A model generated the notes under the pieces. It had not been told where the DNA came from, searched no databases, and saw only the letters and a list, made by a program, of their open reading frames with translations. 64,000 nucleotides of DNA from a virus, in the IMG/VR virus record IMGVR_UViG_3300020462_000001, positions 26,535 to 90,534 of that record. One strand, given 5' to 3'. Position 1 is the stretch's first letter. Each line of letters starts with the position of its first letter. Shown here piece by piece: positions 54,145-64,000 of this stretch. The translations under genes and the position numbers were made by a program.

Positions 54145-57100
54145 TTAAACTGAGATGTATATGTATTGTCCAATAAGATATTTTCCAGAAACAGATCCAC
54201 TAACTGTCCATGAAAAATGACCATCCTTATATGTATAGAATGATGTAGTGTTGTTCTGACCATAGAAATTGATAAGTCCATCACTTGTATTGACATCTTG
54301 ATAAGAGGTAGTTCCACCACCTCTCGTAAGAGCTCCAGAACTATAAGGAGATCCATAAGTATCATTACTCTGAGTAAATGGTAAATTTCCTATTTGGATA
54401 TGATTACCATTACCAGCTGTTGATCCAGCAAATAGGATATAGAAATCAACAGTTACCATCTTACCAATCTTAATGTATCGTCCAGCACCGTAAGTGTAAG
54501 ATACATTATTGAAACCAGCAGCTGCTGTAGGATTGAAAAATCCTTCTTCATAATCATCAAGTGCATTTGCCTCAGCGGTGTCGCCGTTGAAAGTAATGCC
54601 ATCCTGAGTTACACGAATAATTTCAGTGTTACTACTATTTCTAAACTTTGTGAATCCAGAGGGACCATGGGAAATATAATTATCTTCATTGGTGCCATAT
54701 CTAAAGAGAGTTGCATATCCACTACCCCCCGTTCTCACAGCAAGACCATCTGCACCAACTCCATCAATATCTACTATATTATTTGGATTATTATTCCGAA
54801 TGCCAACATAACCAGTATGTGTACAACGAATCATTTCTCGACTATTATATTCATCTTTGATGATAAAGCTGGCATTAGCAGCACCCCCATCGATACTCCA
54901 AGCATCGGTAGCATTTTCCATCAACACAACAATACCAGCATCACCAGCGCCACCTTTTACATTTAATCTACCACCAGTTGTAACGTTTCCAGTAAATTCT
55001 GCTGTACCATTATTATTGAGGCTTATCTTGGCTGACCCTGATGATTCGTATGCCTGGAAAGCAGTTACTGTATTTGGTTGTAGGTAAGCAATACCAGTAT
55101 TGGTTGATTTTACCTGACCCGTAACTTCTATTCCAGTTGATACTACCTTAAGTTTCTCTGTGGCATTGGTACCAAGTGATAAGAAACTATTTTCTTTATT
55201 CCAGATATAAGTATCGTTTCCATCCTGTTGAATAAGTAAACCATTATTATCTGTTGCACCAGTTGTGTTATTAGTAATAACAAGGTTTGTAGCAGCATTT
55301 CCACTATGAATTTGGAGGTCTCTCACAGGTTCGCAATTTATACCAACCTTACCAGCAGAAGTTATACGAAGTATATTTGTAAATGTAATAGCATTGCCTG
55401 CAGTTCCTGCTGCTGCAGTCTGGAACCACCAACTTCCTCCCTGCATCATTATTCTTTGTGCTTCATCATTTCTGATGTAAGTATTACCACCACTAGATGC
55501 ATTATAGAAAGTATTATTTCCAAGAATCACATAATTGTCAGTTCCACTAGTATAAGAGTCTTCATATAAAACTCCTGCATATCCTACTGTAAGAGCATCT
55601 ACTGTACTTGACCAGTTAGGATTTGATTTTCCTCCTATGGAAACATTACCATCAGAATTTATACGAAGTCTTTCTGTATAAGTACCACCAGTGGGTTGCG
55701 TAAAAAATGCAAGATATGCATCATCCAGTGCAGACTCACGATATGCACCCATACCTGCAACACTATCAGTCCCTATTCTATAGTATAGTTCTCCAATAGT
55801 AGCATTATTACCAGGAGTACCATGACGAGTAAAAGTTATTCTGGCATCATTTGTACCACCAACACCTTGAATTTCTAATGGTGCAGATGGTGTAGATGTA
55901 TTGATACCAATATTACCACCAGAAGTTATACGCATTCTTTCTGTTGCGCTATTATTTCCAGTAGCAAATGCAAGGAAACCTAACCCACTAGAATTATTTT
56001 CTACACCAAATCTTACTTCACTTCTAGTGTACTCATTAGATCTATTATACTTACCACGAATTGTTGCATATGTTCCATCAGTTGAACCAACATACATCTC
56101 AACCAGGTTAGCAGCACTGGTTGTCTCACTTCCTGAACCAATATTAAGAGCACCAGCAGAAGTTATACGAACTCTTTCTGTGTCATTTGTAGAGAAGTTG
56201 AGATAACCAGTGTTTCTACCATCTCCTCCCATATAGGAGAACATACTTCCTACAGTTGTATTACCACTATATTGAGCAAATCCAATGTAACTTATGTGAC
56301 TAGAAGAATTTTGACTTCTTATCGTGCTGTTAGCAACAAAAGTTCCATCAGTTGGAACCAGACCTTTAGTTCCAATTGAACCAGCAGAAGTTATATGAAG
56401 ATTTTCTGATAATGTAGCGTTAGCATCAGCACTTCCAGTACCTAAAGACCAGAATCTAATACTACCATCAGATTTTGAGAAGGTTATTCTCTCTGCATAA
56501 CCAGTAGCTGTAAATTTATAATTACTACCATCGTAATAATAGTTGTGTCCTACATCAAATTGTGCCGAACTGTAATCAAAAAGAACACCACTTCCAACCT
56601 GTATTACATTACTAGACGATGAAGAATGCCAATTAGCGGCAGGAGCACCACCTACACCTATTTTACCAGTAGAAGTTATACGAAGTCTTTCTGTACCAGC
56701 AGTGGAGAATACTGTATCGCTACTTTCTTGGTTTTCAATATAAAGAATCCCACTAGTAGATTGTGTAATTCTTGAACCATCACCAGATCCAGACCCAATT
56801 GTGGCGTTTGTTAATTGTAAAGTACAAGAACCCGCAGTGTCATTAAATTGTGCTGTATATCCGTTACCTGTTCCTACATTAAATCCAAAATGTCCACTTG
56901 AATCTATACGAAGTCTTTCTGTATCATTGTTAGTGTATGCAATGATACTACCATTTGTACTTGCTGCGTGAATACCAATATCATTGATTTCACTACCACC
57001 AGGATTAGAACTAATTCTTGGATTAGCAGTAGCAGTTGTATTATTATAAAGAGAAATAACAGCACCAGTTGTTCCATTAGCAACTGTCAATGCTTTACGA

Positions 57101-57684
57101 CTACCAAATGTTACATTATTAGTGGTTCCAATTTTTACATCGCCACCAGAAACATTGATACCACTACGAGCAGTTATGAGACCAACTGAATCTATATTAG
57201 TAACATCTTCATACGTTAAAGTACCACCAATAGACACAGCACCACTAACACTAAAGTCACCAGTTACAGTGTCAGTAATGAAACCAGCACCATTAGTCAG
57301 TTGATTGGTATTGGTAAAGGATGTGGTAATAAACCCAGCACCATTAGTCAGTTGATTGGTATTGGTAAAGGATGTGGTAATAAATCCAGGACCATTGGTG
57401 AAGTCACTGAGGTTAGTGGGTGTATTAGTAAAGTTGTTATAATTGAGAAGGGAGGTTGATGATACACCACCCACTAAAGTTGAACTTCCTGTTAAAGGGC
57501 CAACGAAGGATGTTGCATTAACAGTTGCAAGTGTTGATACACCAGTAACTGTAATGCCTGGAAAAGTATTACTAATTATTGCTGATAAAGAAGAGTCCCA
57601 CTTCTCACCATCCCAAGTGTATTGTGTATTATTAAATGTGTAGGTGTCCCCATTGGATGGACTATTTGGAAAATTTATAGACAT
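54145..57684 (-). CDS. tail fibre protein
   Basis: INFP.SP..G..Y....Y.WDG.KW N-domain, 17-aa repeats, LTYEDVTNIDSVG, ERLRITS.G modules, C-terminal ANALDDYEEG...Y.KIG..V. Confidence 0.85.
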   Translation of the reverse strand: MSINFPNSPSNGDTYTFNNTQYTWDGEKWDSSLSAIISNTFPGITVTGVSTLATVNATSFVGPLTGSSTLVGGVSSTSLLNYNNFTNTPTNLSDFTNGPGFITTSFTNTNQLTNGAGFITTSFTNTNQLTNGAGFITDTVTGDFSVSGAVSIGGTLTYEDVTNIDSVGLITARSGINVSGGDVKIGTTNNVTFGSRKALTVANGTTGAVISLYNNTTATANPRISSNPGGSEINDIGIHAASTNGSIIAYTNNDTERLRIDSSGHFGFNVGTGNGYTAQFNDTAGSCTLQLTNATIGSGSGDGSRITQSTSGILYIENQESSDTVFSTAGTERLRITSTGKIGVGGAPAANWHSSSSSNVIQVGSGVLFDYSSAQFDVGHNYYYDGSNYKFTATGYAERITFSKSDGSIRFWSLGTGSADANATLSENLHITSAGSIGTKGLVPTDGTFVANSTIRSQNSSSHISYIGFAQYSGNTTVGSMFSYMGGDGRNTGYLNFSTNDTERVRITSAGALNIGSGSETTSAANLVEMYVGSTDGTYATIRGKYNRSNEYTRSEVRFGVENNSSGLGFLAFATGNNSATERMRITSGGNIGINTSTPSAPLEIQGVGGTNDARITFTRHGTPGNNATIGELYYRIGTDSVAGMGAYRESALDDAYLAFFTQPTGGTYTERLRINSDGNVSIGGKSNPNWSSTVDALTVGYAGVLYEDSYTSGTDNYVILGNNTFYNASSGGNTYIRNDEAQRIMMQGGSWWFQTAAAGTAGNAITFTNILRITSAGKVGINCEPVRDLQIHSGNAATNLVITNNTTGATDNNGLLIQQDGNDTYIWNKENSFLSLGTNATEKLKVVSTGIEVTGQVKSTNTGIAYLQPNTVTAFQAYESSGSAKISLNNNGTAEFTGNVTTGGRLNVKGGAGDAGIVVLMENATDAWSIDGGAANASFIIKDEYNSREMIRCTHTGYVGIRNNNPNNIVDIDGVGADGLAVRTGGSGYATLFRYGTNEDNYISHGPSGFTKFRNSSNTEIIRVTQDGITFNGDTAEANALDDYEEGFFNPTAAAGFNNVSYTYGAGRYIKIGKMVTVDFYILFAGSTAGNGNHIQIGNLPFTQSNDTYGSPYSSGALTRGGGTTSYQDVNTSDGLINFYGQNNTTSFYTYKDGHFSWTVSGSVSGKYLIGQYIYISV
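57275..57400. repeat. 51-bp tandem repeat (TNGAGFITTSFTNTNQL)
   Basis: Units start at 57284 and 57335 (near-identical), partial unit at 57386. Confidence 0.9.
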
Positions 57685-57728
57685 CTACTTGATGTTACTT
57701 TTTTTTATTTATCTGTATTATCAATTGA

Positions 57729-58778
57729 TTAGATAGTAAATGAACCAGTTACATTTGAAGATCCAGCAGTGAGTGCAATGAGATAAGGCCCACTACCCGT
57801 GATAGTGACACCTGAAGATGAGGACGGGTTTACAGACGAAGAGATATAAACGCAACCTCCGCCTCCTCTTCCACCCTCTTCCCACGAGCCCGTCGTTCTT
57901 GCACCAGCTCCACCACCGCCACCGCCTAGCCCATCGGTGCCTTGAGTCGGTGCAGTCGACGTACTGCCTCCCGTGCCTCCACCACCAGAACCACCGGATA
58001 CCGTGGTGGCGTTTGCAGAACCACCACCACCTCCTCCGCCATAGACGACACTGCTGCCAGTGATGCTGCTCGTGGAACCTGCGCCCCCTGCACCACCACT
58101 GGTATTAGAAGCGTTACTTCCAGAAGAATAACCAGCACCACCGCCGGATCCTTTGTTCGGTACTCCTGCCGCATTTCCACCAGAGACTGCGGAATAGATG
58201 GAGTTACGGCTTGCCCCTGAGGTTCTACCGGATCCGTAATCACTGGCACCGCCAGCGCCTTCGAAGGCGTTGTTGCCACCACCTTGACCACCGCCGCCCT
58301 GTGCCCAAATAGTGGTGTCCAAGCCTTCTTCATCGTCTGCGACAAAACTTCTCCAACCACCACTTTGAGTGAACTCTCCGCTGTAAACGTTCCACGTTAA
58401 TCTTGATGTTCCGCCAAGCGAAGATGAGCCTTGAGCTCTGCCACGGCCAGCGGTAATGCTGAACGTGACACCAGAAGCATCGCTAGGGCTTGCAGTAAGA
58501 GTAAAGGGAAGTACTTGCCCACCAGCTCCTCCACCGCCGGTATACAACTCCCCTTCTTCGTCTTCATTTAGGCCTCTACCGCCTGCGCCACCTCCACCAA
58601 CTAATAGCACCTGTAATGTGACAGTGTTAGAAGTACCATAGAAATCACTAATACTAAGAGCCCCCGATGAAGGTACTCCTCCATCTCCATAATACTCACT
58701 TAGTGAGTGGGGAGTTGATCCTCCAAACTCACTAGCAATTTGTGAAATTGAAATAGAACCAGAAGATTGTAATGCCAT
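57729..58778 (-). CDS. glycine-rich probable fibre-tip adhesin
   Basis: N-terminal SISISQIASEFGG..PHSLSEYY...ISDFYG, many polyglycine runs; TAATG-coupled to upstream fibre. Confidence 0.7.
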   Translation of the reverse strand: MALQSSGSISISQIASEFGGSTPHSLSEYYGDGGVPSSGALSISDFYGTSNTVTLQVLLVGGGGAGGRGLNEDEEGELYTGGGGAGGQVLPFTLTASPSDASGVTFSITAGRGRAQGSSSLGGTSRLTWNVYSGEFTQSGGWRSFVADDEEGLDTTIWAQGGGGQGGGNNAFEGAGGASDYGSGRTSGASRNSIYSAVSGGNAAGVPNKGSGGGAGYSSGSNASNTSGGAGGAGSTSSITGSSVVYGGGGGGGSANATTVSGGSGGGGTGGSTSTAPTQGTDGLGGGGGGAGARTTGSWEEGGRGGGGCVYISSSVNPSSSSGVTITGSGPYLIALTAGSSNVTGSFTI

Positions 58779-61700
58779 TACTTAACCTCCAACTTTGCTT
58801 TGAGTTCATCTATTTGAACTTGTTGTTCCTTGATTGCTTCAATCAGAACACCAACAATGTTTCCATAAGAAACTGTTTTGATATCTGGCAAAGCATCGGT
58901 ATTTTCTTCTGACCTTGCATCTGATGTTTTTACGACTTGGGGTAGGATTTCTTCCATCTCTTGTGCAATGACACCAACGCTAGACTTACCAGTATCTTTT
59001 CGATCAAAATAAACACCACGCATAGATTTCACCATATTCAATGCGTTATCAACTGTACGAATATTCTCTTTGAGACGAATATCAGAATAAGCGGTTACGT
59101 CTCCAGTAGCGGTGCAGTTACCGCTAGAATCCATCTTAAATCCCCAACTACCGGCGTTATTTAATATTCCAATGGCATTGGATTGATCAGCATAAAAATA
59201 CCCTCTAGTTGTGCTGGTATTAGTGACGACTTTAATCCCGTTAGAAGTGCTATTGTTTCTTATCTGGAGATACTGGTTATCCAAATATAAGTGATAAGAA
59301 TAGTTACTCGGCCAATAAAGTCCATGGCTACCATTCAAACTTATCCAGGTATTGGCGTTCCAGTAAGTGCTTGCAGTTTTGCCCATATAGCTAGTGCTTT
59401 CTACGCCATCAAGAGTGTCAGCATCTAGTCCAGAACCTGCGCCGTCGTTTCCTGAGTGCCAAAGAGTTCGATAAGCAGTACCATCATACCATTTTGGATT
59501 ACTAGCAAGTCTAAGTCCTTTACCAGAATTCTGGTTCCAAATGTAAATATTACCACTAGCTCCATCATACTGAAAATATGCCTTGTCTGATGTACCATCT
59601 CTCAATTGAAGATAAGGACTAGTACATCCCTCAAGAATCAATTTTTGATTACTAGGACTGTTTATTTTAGTTACTCCATTATTTTCTATGAATATTTTAC
59701 CAGCACCAGCATAACCAAATTCCAATTGAGAGTTATTGTTTGCCGCCATATGGAAGTAATCACCACCACTGAAATCACCATCAGCACCATCAAGGAAAAT
59801 ATATGCACCATTGCTGACCTCTTGGAACAACATTCCAGAAGATCCTTCTTTGGCATATATTCTGCCACCAACATTAAGTAATCCAGTGGTATTGGTACTA
59901 GCAATTTGAACTTTACCAGCAGAAGTTATATTCATGCGCTCGCTAACACCTGAAGCAAATTTTAAGGTGTCAGTATTATGGTCATACGCTATGTAACCCC
60001 TATATCTTTCATTACCACTAGTGCCATCGGCAAAGGCTAGATAACTTTGACCAGTCGTTGGTCCGTTAATGGTGATGCCACCCTCTGCGCTGCCAGATAC
60101 CACCAAATCATTGGCGTAGTAACTACTAGCAGACTGCGTTCCGATACCAAACTTGCCCGAGCTATCAACACGAAATCTCTCTACATTTACAGTACAGAAA
60201 GACATGAAGTCATCACCGTGACTGTATAATATTCTTCCTGCTCTTTTCTCACTGTTATCAGTTACTCCATCCGCAAAATGAATAGCACCAAATGCTCCAG
60301 AACCACCACTTCTAATGGTCATTCCAGCATGACTTGATTCGTCCGCTATCAGAAAGTTTTGAGCAATAGAGTCGTATGATGTGTTATTAAAAGCACCCAG
60401 ACCCATATGACCATCAGAAGTTATACGAAGTCTTTCTTTTGGTGAGTGAGTATTACCATCATCACCAGCAACACCCGATTTAGATGTTTTGAAAATTAAA
60501 TCATTAGATCCGTCATCATCACTATTTCTTACTCCACTAATAGTAGCAAGATATAAACCATTATTTGATGCTACACTTGTTGCGGATGTATCGAATGAAA
60601 TACCTCCACCGCCACCAACAGTGTTAGATCCAGTTACCTCCATATGAATAAATGAAGGACTGGAAGACATTGCATTTTTGAAATGCATTGCATGCAGTGG
60701 AGCATTATTGTTTATACCAATCTTACCATCATTAAGCAAAGAGAAGTTAGCAGAAGCACCATTGTTAGTACTTATTCTGAAATTTCCATTAACTGATAAT
60801 GTTCCATCACCAGCACTAGAACCAATAATATTTCCACCACCAGATGTTCCTTCAACACCAAGGAATAAACTTTGACTTGAGTTTGTGATTCTAAGTGTTC
60901 TTGTTTCTGTAGATGAAGGTTCAAAGATTCTTACGTTTCCTACTACATCCAGTTTTCCTACAGGAACAAGACTTCCGATACCAACCTTACTATCAGAAAT
61001 TAATGTTCCAGTGACTGTGACACCATTGTTTGTGGTTTGTAATTTCTTGACATTATCGTAATAAAGTTCTACTGAACCATTTGCTTCAGCAACAACACTA
61101 TCTTCACCAGATGGTGATTGTAATTTTATATGGTTACCATTAGCACCACGAATGTATAATATACCGGTTGCATTATCAATATAGCTGTTACCACTAGCAT
61201 GGTAAAGTTGTAAGTCATCACCAGTACCAGCAATATACTTACTGTTATCAGGAACACTAACACCAGATCGAGCAGTAATAATACCGACTGAATCGATATT
61301 AGTAACATCTTCATATGTTAATGTACCACCAACAGATACACTGCCAGTAACAGTAAAATCACCAGTTACAGTGTTAGTAATAAACTCAGCACCATTTGTG
61401 AGTTCATTGGTATTAGTAAATGATGTTGTAATGAATCCAGCACCATTTGTTAATTGGTTAGTGTTAGTGAAGGATGTTGTAATGAATCCAGCACCATTTG
61501 TGAGTTGATTGTTATTGGTGGGTATTGTTGGTTTATTACTGAGATCATCATAATCAACACCAGAGAATGATGATGCTGTAATGATACCACTGGCATTGAT
61601 ATTATTAACAGCAAACCCCTGAGCATTTAAAGATTGGGTATGATATTGCAATCCTACACTGTTTCCTAATGTAAGAGCACTACCAACATTGACTACATCA

Positions 61701-61894
61701 GTGTCACCATCCAACGTTAATGATGATGTACCAACAGTTAATATTCCAGTAATCCTAGCATCACCACTTACCGATAAAGTTTCAAAGCCGGTTCTTGATA
61801 CACTATCCCACTTCTCCCCGTCCCACAAATATTCTACACCAGCATAAGTATATCCAGTTCCAACAGAAGGACTACTTGGAAAATTAATGGCCAT
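58778..61894 (-). CDS. tail fibre protein with C-terminal intramolecular chaperone (peptidase S74)
   Basis: Same N-domain as 54145..57684; WHSGNDGAGSGLDADTLDG; TAYSDIRLKENI...GVIAQE....P..V...LIEAIKEQ. Confidence 0.9.
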   Translation of the reverse strand: MAINFPSSPSVGTGYTYAGVEYLWDGEKWDSVSRTGFETLSVSGDARITGILTVGTSSLTLDGDTDVVNVGSALTLGNSVGLQYHTQSLNAQGFAVNNINASGIITASSFSGVDYDDLSNKPTIPTNNNQLTNGAGFITTSFTNTNQLTNGAGFITTSFTNTNELTNGAEFITNTVTGDFTVTGSVSVGGTLTYEDVTNIDSVGIITARSGVSVPDNSKYIAGTGDDLQLYHASGNSYIDNATGILYIRGANGNHIKLQSPSGEDSVVAEANGSVELYYDNVKKLQTTNNGVTVTGTLISDSKVGIGSLVPVGKLDVVGNVRIFEPSSTETRTLRITNSSQSLFLGVEGTSGGGNIIGSSAGDGTLSVNGNFRISTNNGASANFSLLNDGKIGINNNAPLHAMHFKNAMSSSPSFIHMEVTGSNTVGGGGGISFDTSATSVASNNGLYLATISGVRNSDDDGSNDLIFKTSKSGVAGDDGNTHSPKERLRITSDGHMGLGAFNNTSYDSIAQNFLIADESSHAGMTIRSGGSGAFGAIHFADGVTDNSEKRAGRILYSHGDDFMSFCTVNVERFRVDSSGKFGIGTQSASSYYANDLVVSGSAEGGITINGPTTGQSYLAFADGTSGNERYRGYIAYDHNTDTLKFASGVSERMNITSAGKVQIASTNTTGLLNVGGRIYAKEGSSGMLFQEVSNGAYIFLDGADGDFSGGDYFHMAANNNSQLEFGYAGAGKIFIENNGVTKINSPSNQKLILEGCTSPYLQLRDGTSDKAYFQYDGASGNIYIWNQNSGKGLRLASNPKWYDGTAYRTLWHSGNDGAGSGLDADTLDGVESTSYMGKTASTYWNANTWISLNGSHGLYWPSNYSYHLYLDNQYLQIRNNSTSNGIKVVTNTSTTRGYFYADQSNAIGILNNAGSWGFKMDSSGNCTATGDVTAYSDIRLKENIRTVDNALNMVKSMRGVYFDRKDTGKSSVGVIAQEMEEILPQVVKTSDARSEENTDALPDIKTVSYGNIVGVLIEAIKEQQVQIDELKAKLEVK
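61377..61520. repeat. 51-bp degenerate tandem repeat (LTNGAGFITTSFTNTNQ x3)
   Basis: Three ccagcaccatttgt-type anchors at 51-bp spacing. Confidence 0.85.
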
Positions 61895-61935
61895 TTTATT
61901 TGGACTACTTTTTTAGTATTTATTGGAATACTAAA

Positions 61936-63999
61936 TCAACATGCCATCAGAACACAAGGAACACAATAACTACCGTCTGAATATGTTTTGCTGACGTTTG
62001 TAGAAGTAACTTTGGCGACAGTTTTAGATCTTATGATATCATCATCCTGTGGTTTAGCAGTACCATCACCAGCAGATATCAGTAAATCACCTCGTGTAAC
62101 TGTTACTCCTTGAGCAATACGGATAACAAAGTCACCAGTCATTGCACAGTGGAAATCGTTGGTGTAAGTTTCATCGTCATCGTCCCAATCTTGGAATACA
62201 CCTGCAACATTTCGGTCACCTTCAACATCACTGACCTTCATTCGGTTTAGTTGTATATTTTCTTCATCAGTCCATTCACACATCTCATCAAGGTTACTCA
62301 GAACAGTACCCATTAGGATTTCAGTACGTTCAGCATTACCAGGTAGTTGTGTCCAGCGTGAAAGGTGAGCACCCGTTAATGAAACTGTTCCACTAGATAC
62401 CGTGATATTTCCTACACTCGTACCATCTCTCCAAAAATCAATAAGAGTTCCATCGCTAGTGTTTCTTCTTATCGCAACAACATTACCATCATTTCTGGTA
62501 AAATGAGCATCAGATGATGGATGTAATCTTACACCTTGGTTGGCATAAGTATCTGAGGTTTTTCCGACTAGGAATACCCCAGCAGAATCAATACGTGCTC
62601 TTTCTACTTCCTGAGTGGCAAATCTAAGGAAGTTTCCGTCATTTTTGTATTCTACGTATCCAGAATATCTGGCAGTACCGCTATTGGTATCACCAAAGTA
62701 AATGCCACCATATCCTGTTGTTGAACAATACAACTGGATGCCATTACTACCACTACCTGTGCCTAATATTAGATTTCTGTCATTCGTGCCTGTATATAAT
62801 CCAAAAGATCCATCATTTCCGATTCCAATACTACCAGCAGAAGTTATACGAAGTCTTTCTGAGTTGCCGGTGGCAAATTGAATTGTCCCTAATGAAGAAC
62901 TGCCACGAATCCATTGGTTGCCATTATCCGACAATGTAAGATATGGAGCATCACTAGATAGTGTTACATTGCCCGAGCTATCAATTATCATCTTTGTTGA
63001 GACATTACCTCCTACAACAAAATTCAAATTCCGGTTGTTAGTATTACCAATATAAGTGGCTGCAGTAGAGCCGGGAGTGTTAGTTATATAAACGTTGGTT
63101 CCAGAGTTGACACCAGTAATTTGAATACCAGCATCCCCAGTGCTAGCTGACATAGTTATGTTTCTACTTGTGGCGGCAGTGGTTGTTCCAAACGTTGCAC
63201 TGCCGTCAAATGCAATAGACCAATTACTACCTCTTACTTGTAACGGCTCCAGATTATTATTGTCACGATCAAATGCCTGAATTACTCCACCATTGGTTGT
63301 GTAGAAATTCTCTATACTTGTTCCCGATGTAGGAGTAAGGTTTGCATTTACGTTTACTCCTCCAAAAACTGCACGGCCATCCGCAAAGATGGCAACCTTT
63401 TCTACTTTCGTTCCACCAATATCAGAGAATGTTTGAATGGTCTTCGAAGCTGCATTCGTGGTTTGGGAGTAAACATCAACCGTACTATCAGTTAAATCAA
63501 TATCACTAGCAAACGTGGCTGAACCGGTGCCGTTAAATCTTATTTTTTCAGTGCCTCCAACCTTAACTGAAAAGACTTCCCCCGTTGTACCAGCTACAGT
63601 ATCTAGGATGATGTTTGAAGCAAACGTTGCACTGCCGTCCGCTGCTACTATTTCAACGGTAGGAGTTGTAGTGTTTCCATCGTTTTGGAAAAGACGTACT
63701 CCTCCTCTATAGGCATTAATCCATCCATTCGTACTATTTGCAAAAGCATTAAGTATTACCCCTGCATTGCTGTTTGAAGTTGATGGGTCTCCAAACGTTC
63801 CTGTCGTAGCAAACGTTGCAGATCCTTCAGAAGTGATACTTCCGTCATTTTTGATTGATGACGTAGGTGTTCCTGTACCATTAACATATCCTCTGAAAAC
63901 AGGAACACTTCCACTTGTTGTCGCAAGGACACCGTTTGTAGCGGCAAGATAACTACCTACACCATTACCAGGATTAACTCTTGATGCACCTGAGAATAC
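61936..63999 (-). CDS. tail fibre protein, 5'-truncated by the window edge
   Basis: I translated the frame open from 63999 to 61936 (the track shows only the part from 63153); repeated GSATF and ERLRIT modules; C-terminal GAHLSRW...GDLLISAGDGTAKPQ...YCVPCVLMAC chaperone-like domain. Confidence 0.85.
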   Translation of the reverse strand, partial: VFSGASRVNPGNGVGSYLAATNGVLATTSGSVPVFRGYVNGTGTPTSSIKNDGSITSEGSATFATTGTFGDPSTSNSNAGVILNAFANSTNGWINAYRGGVRLFQNDGNTTTPTVEIVAADGSATFASNIILDTVAGTTGEVFSVKVGGTEKIRFNGTGSATFASDIDLTDSTVDVYSQTTNAASKTIQTFSDIGGTKVEKVAIFADGRAVFGGVNVNANLTPTSGTSIENFYTTNGGVIQAFDRDNNNLEPLQVRGSNWSIAFDGSATFGTTTAATSRNITMSASTGDAGIQITGVNSGTNVYITNTPGSTAATYIGNTNNRNLNFVVGGNVSTKMIIDSSGNVTLSSDAPYLTLSDNGNQWIRGSSSLGTIQFATGNSERLRITSAGSIGIGNDGSFGLYTGTNDRNLILGTGSGSNGIQLYCSTTGYGGIYFGDTNSGTARYSGYVEYKNDGNFLRFATQEVERARIDSAGVFLVGKTSDTYANQGVRLHPSSDAHFTRNDGNVVAIRRNTSDGTLIDFWRDGTSVGNITVSSGTVSLTGAHLSRWTQLPGNAERTEILMGTVLSNLDEMCEWTDEENIQLNRMKVSDVEGDRNVAGVFQDWDDDDETYTNDFHCAMTGDFVIRIAQGVTVTRGDLLISAGDGTAKPQDDDIIRSKTVAKVTSTNVSKTYSDGSYCVPCVLMAC

Positions 64000-64000
64000 G

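Larger units (their letters stand above)
55352..62861. repeat. dispersed ~28-bp repeat CCAGCAGAAGTTATACGAAGTCTTTCTG (ERLRITSAG), 10 copies in three fibre genes
   Basis: Copies start at about 55352, 55649, 55916, 56153, 56381, 56666, 56894, 59916, 60411 and 62834. Confidence 0.85.

Noticed and set aside
55352-62861. True loxP sites or a CRISPR array
   Set aside because: Only single arm-like matches without the inverted partner and 8-bp spacer; spacing is irregular (over 200 bp), all copies are in-frame in coding sequence, and there are no cas genes or recombinase in the window.
1890-63952. The many plus-strand and nested alternative-frame ORFs in the track
   Set aside because: They lie antisense to or inside well-supported minus-strand genes and show no recognisable motifs. 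The exception is the Cys-rich end of 40455..40811, reported as a finding.
52836-64000. Diversity-generating retroelement acting on tail fibres
   Set aside because: No reverse transcriptase and no template/variable repeat pair with adenine-specific differences seen in the window.

Overview
A 64 kb segment of a T4-like cyanomyovirus (Kyanoviridae-type marine Synechococcus/Prochlorococcus phage). Every gene I can support is on the minus strand. In transcription order (right to left): an array of tail-fibre cassettes; the gp17-gp18-gp19-gp20-gp21-gp22-gp23-gp3 morphogenesis block; uvsY/uvsW/gp55/gp47/gp46; a vWA-peptidase plus CobS-like AAA pair; gp45/gp44/gp62/regA/hsp20; DNA polymerase, uvsX, gp41 and mazG; a late cluster of probable head-packaged proteins; primase, nrdA, nrdB, a GIY-YIG nuclease, a lysozyme and two tRNAs. 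Auxiliary genes are purM, purC, purS, mazG, hsp20 and two 2OG-Fe(II) oxygenases. Most notable: (1) gp43 is split without an intein into two genes at the fingers tip, with four overlapping genes including purM between them; (2) a second, sigma70-family sigma factor with an early promoter and divergent DNA-recognition helices, plus a 21-bp motif repeated at identical spacing before two genes, a candidate for its promoter; (3) late proteins sharing an N-terminal tag fused to different enzymes (cytidylyltransferase, HNH nuclease); (4) a codon-level conserved, loxP-half-site-like repeat at tail-fibre module boundaries; (5) a ROSE-like RNA thermometer before hsp20; (6) a Cys-rich +1-frame tail right after the capsid stop codon. 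All calls come from reading motifs and recalled family knowledge; no database search or folding program was run.
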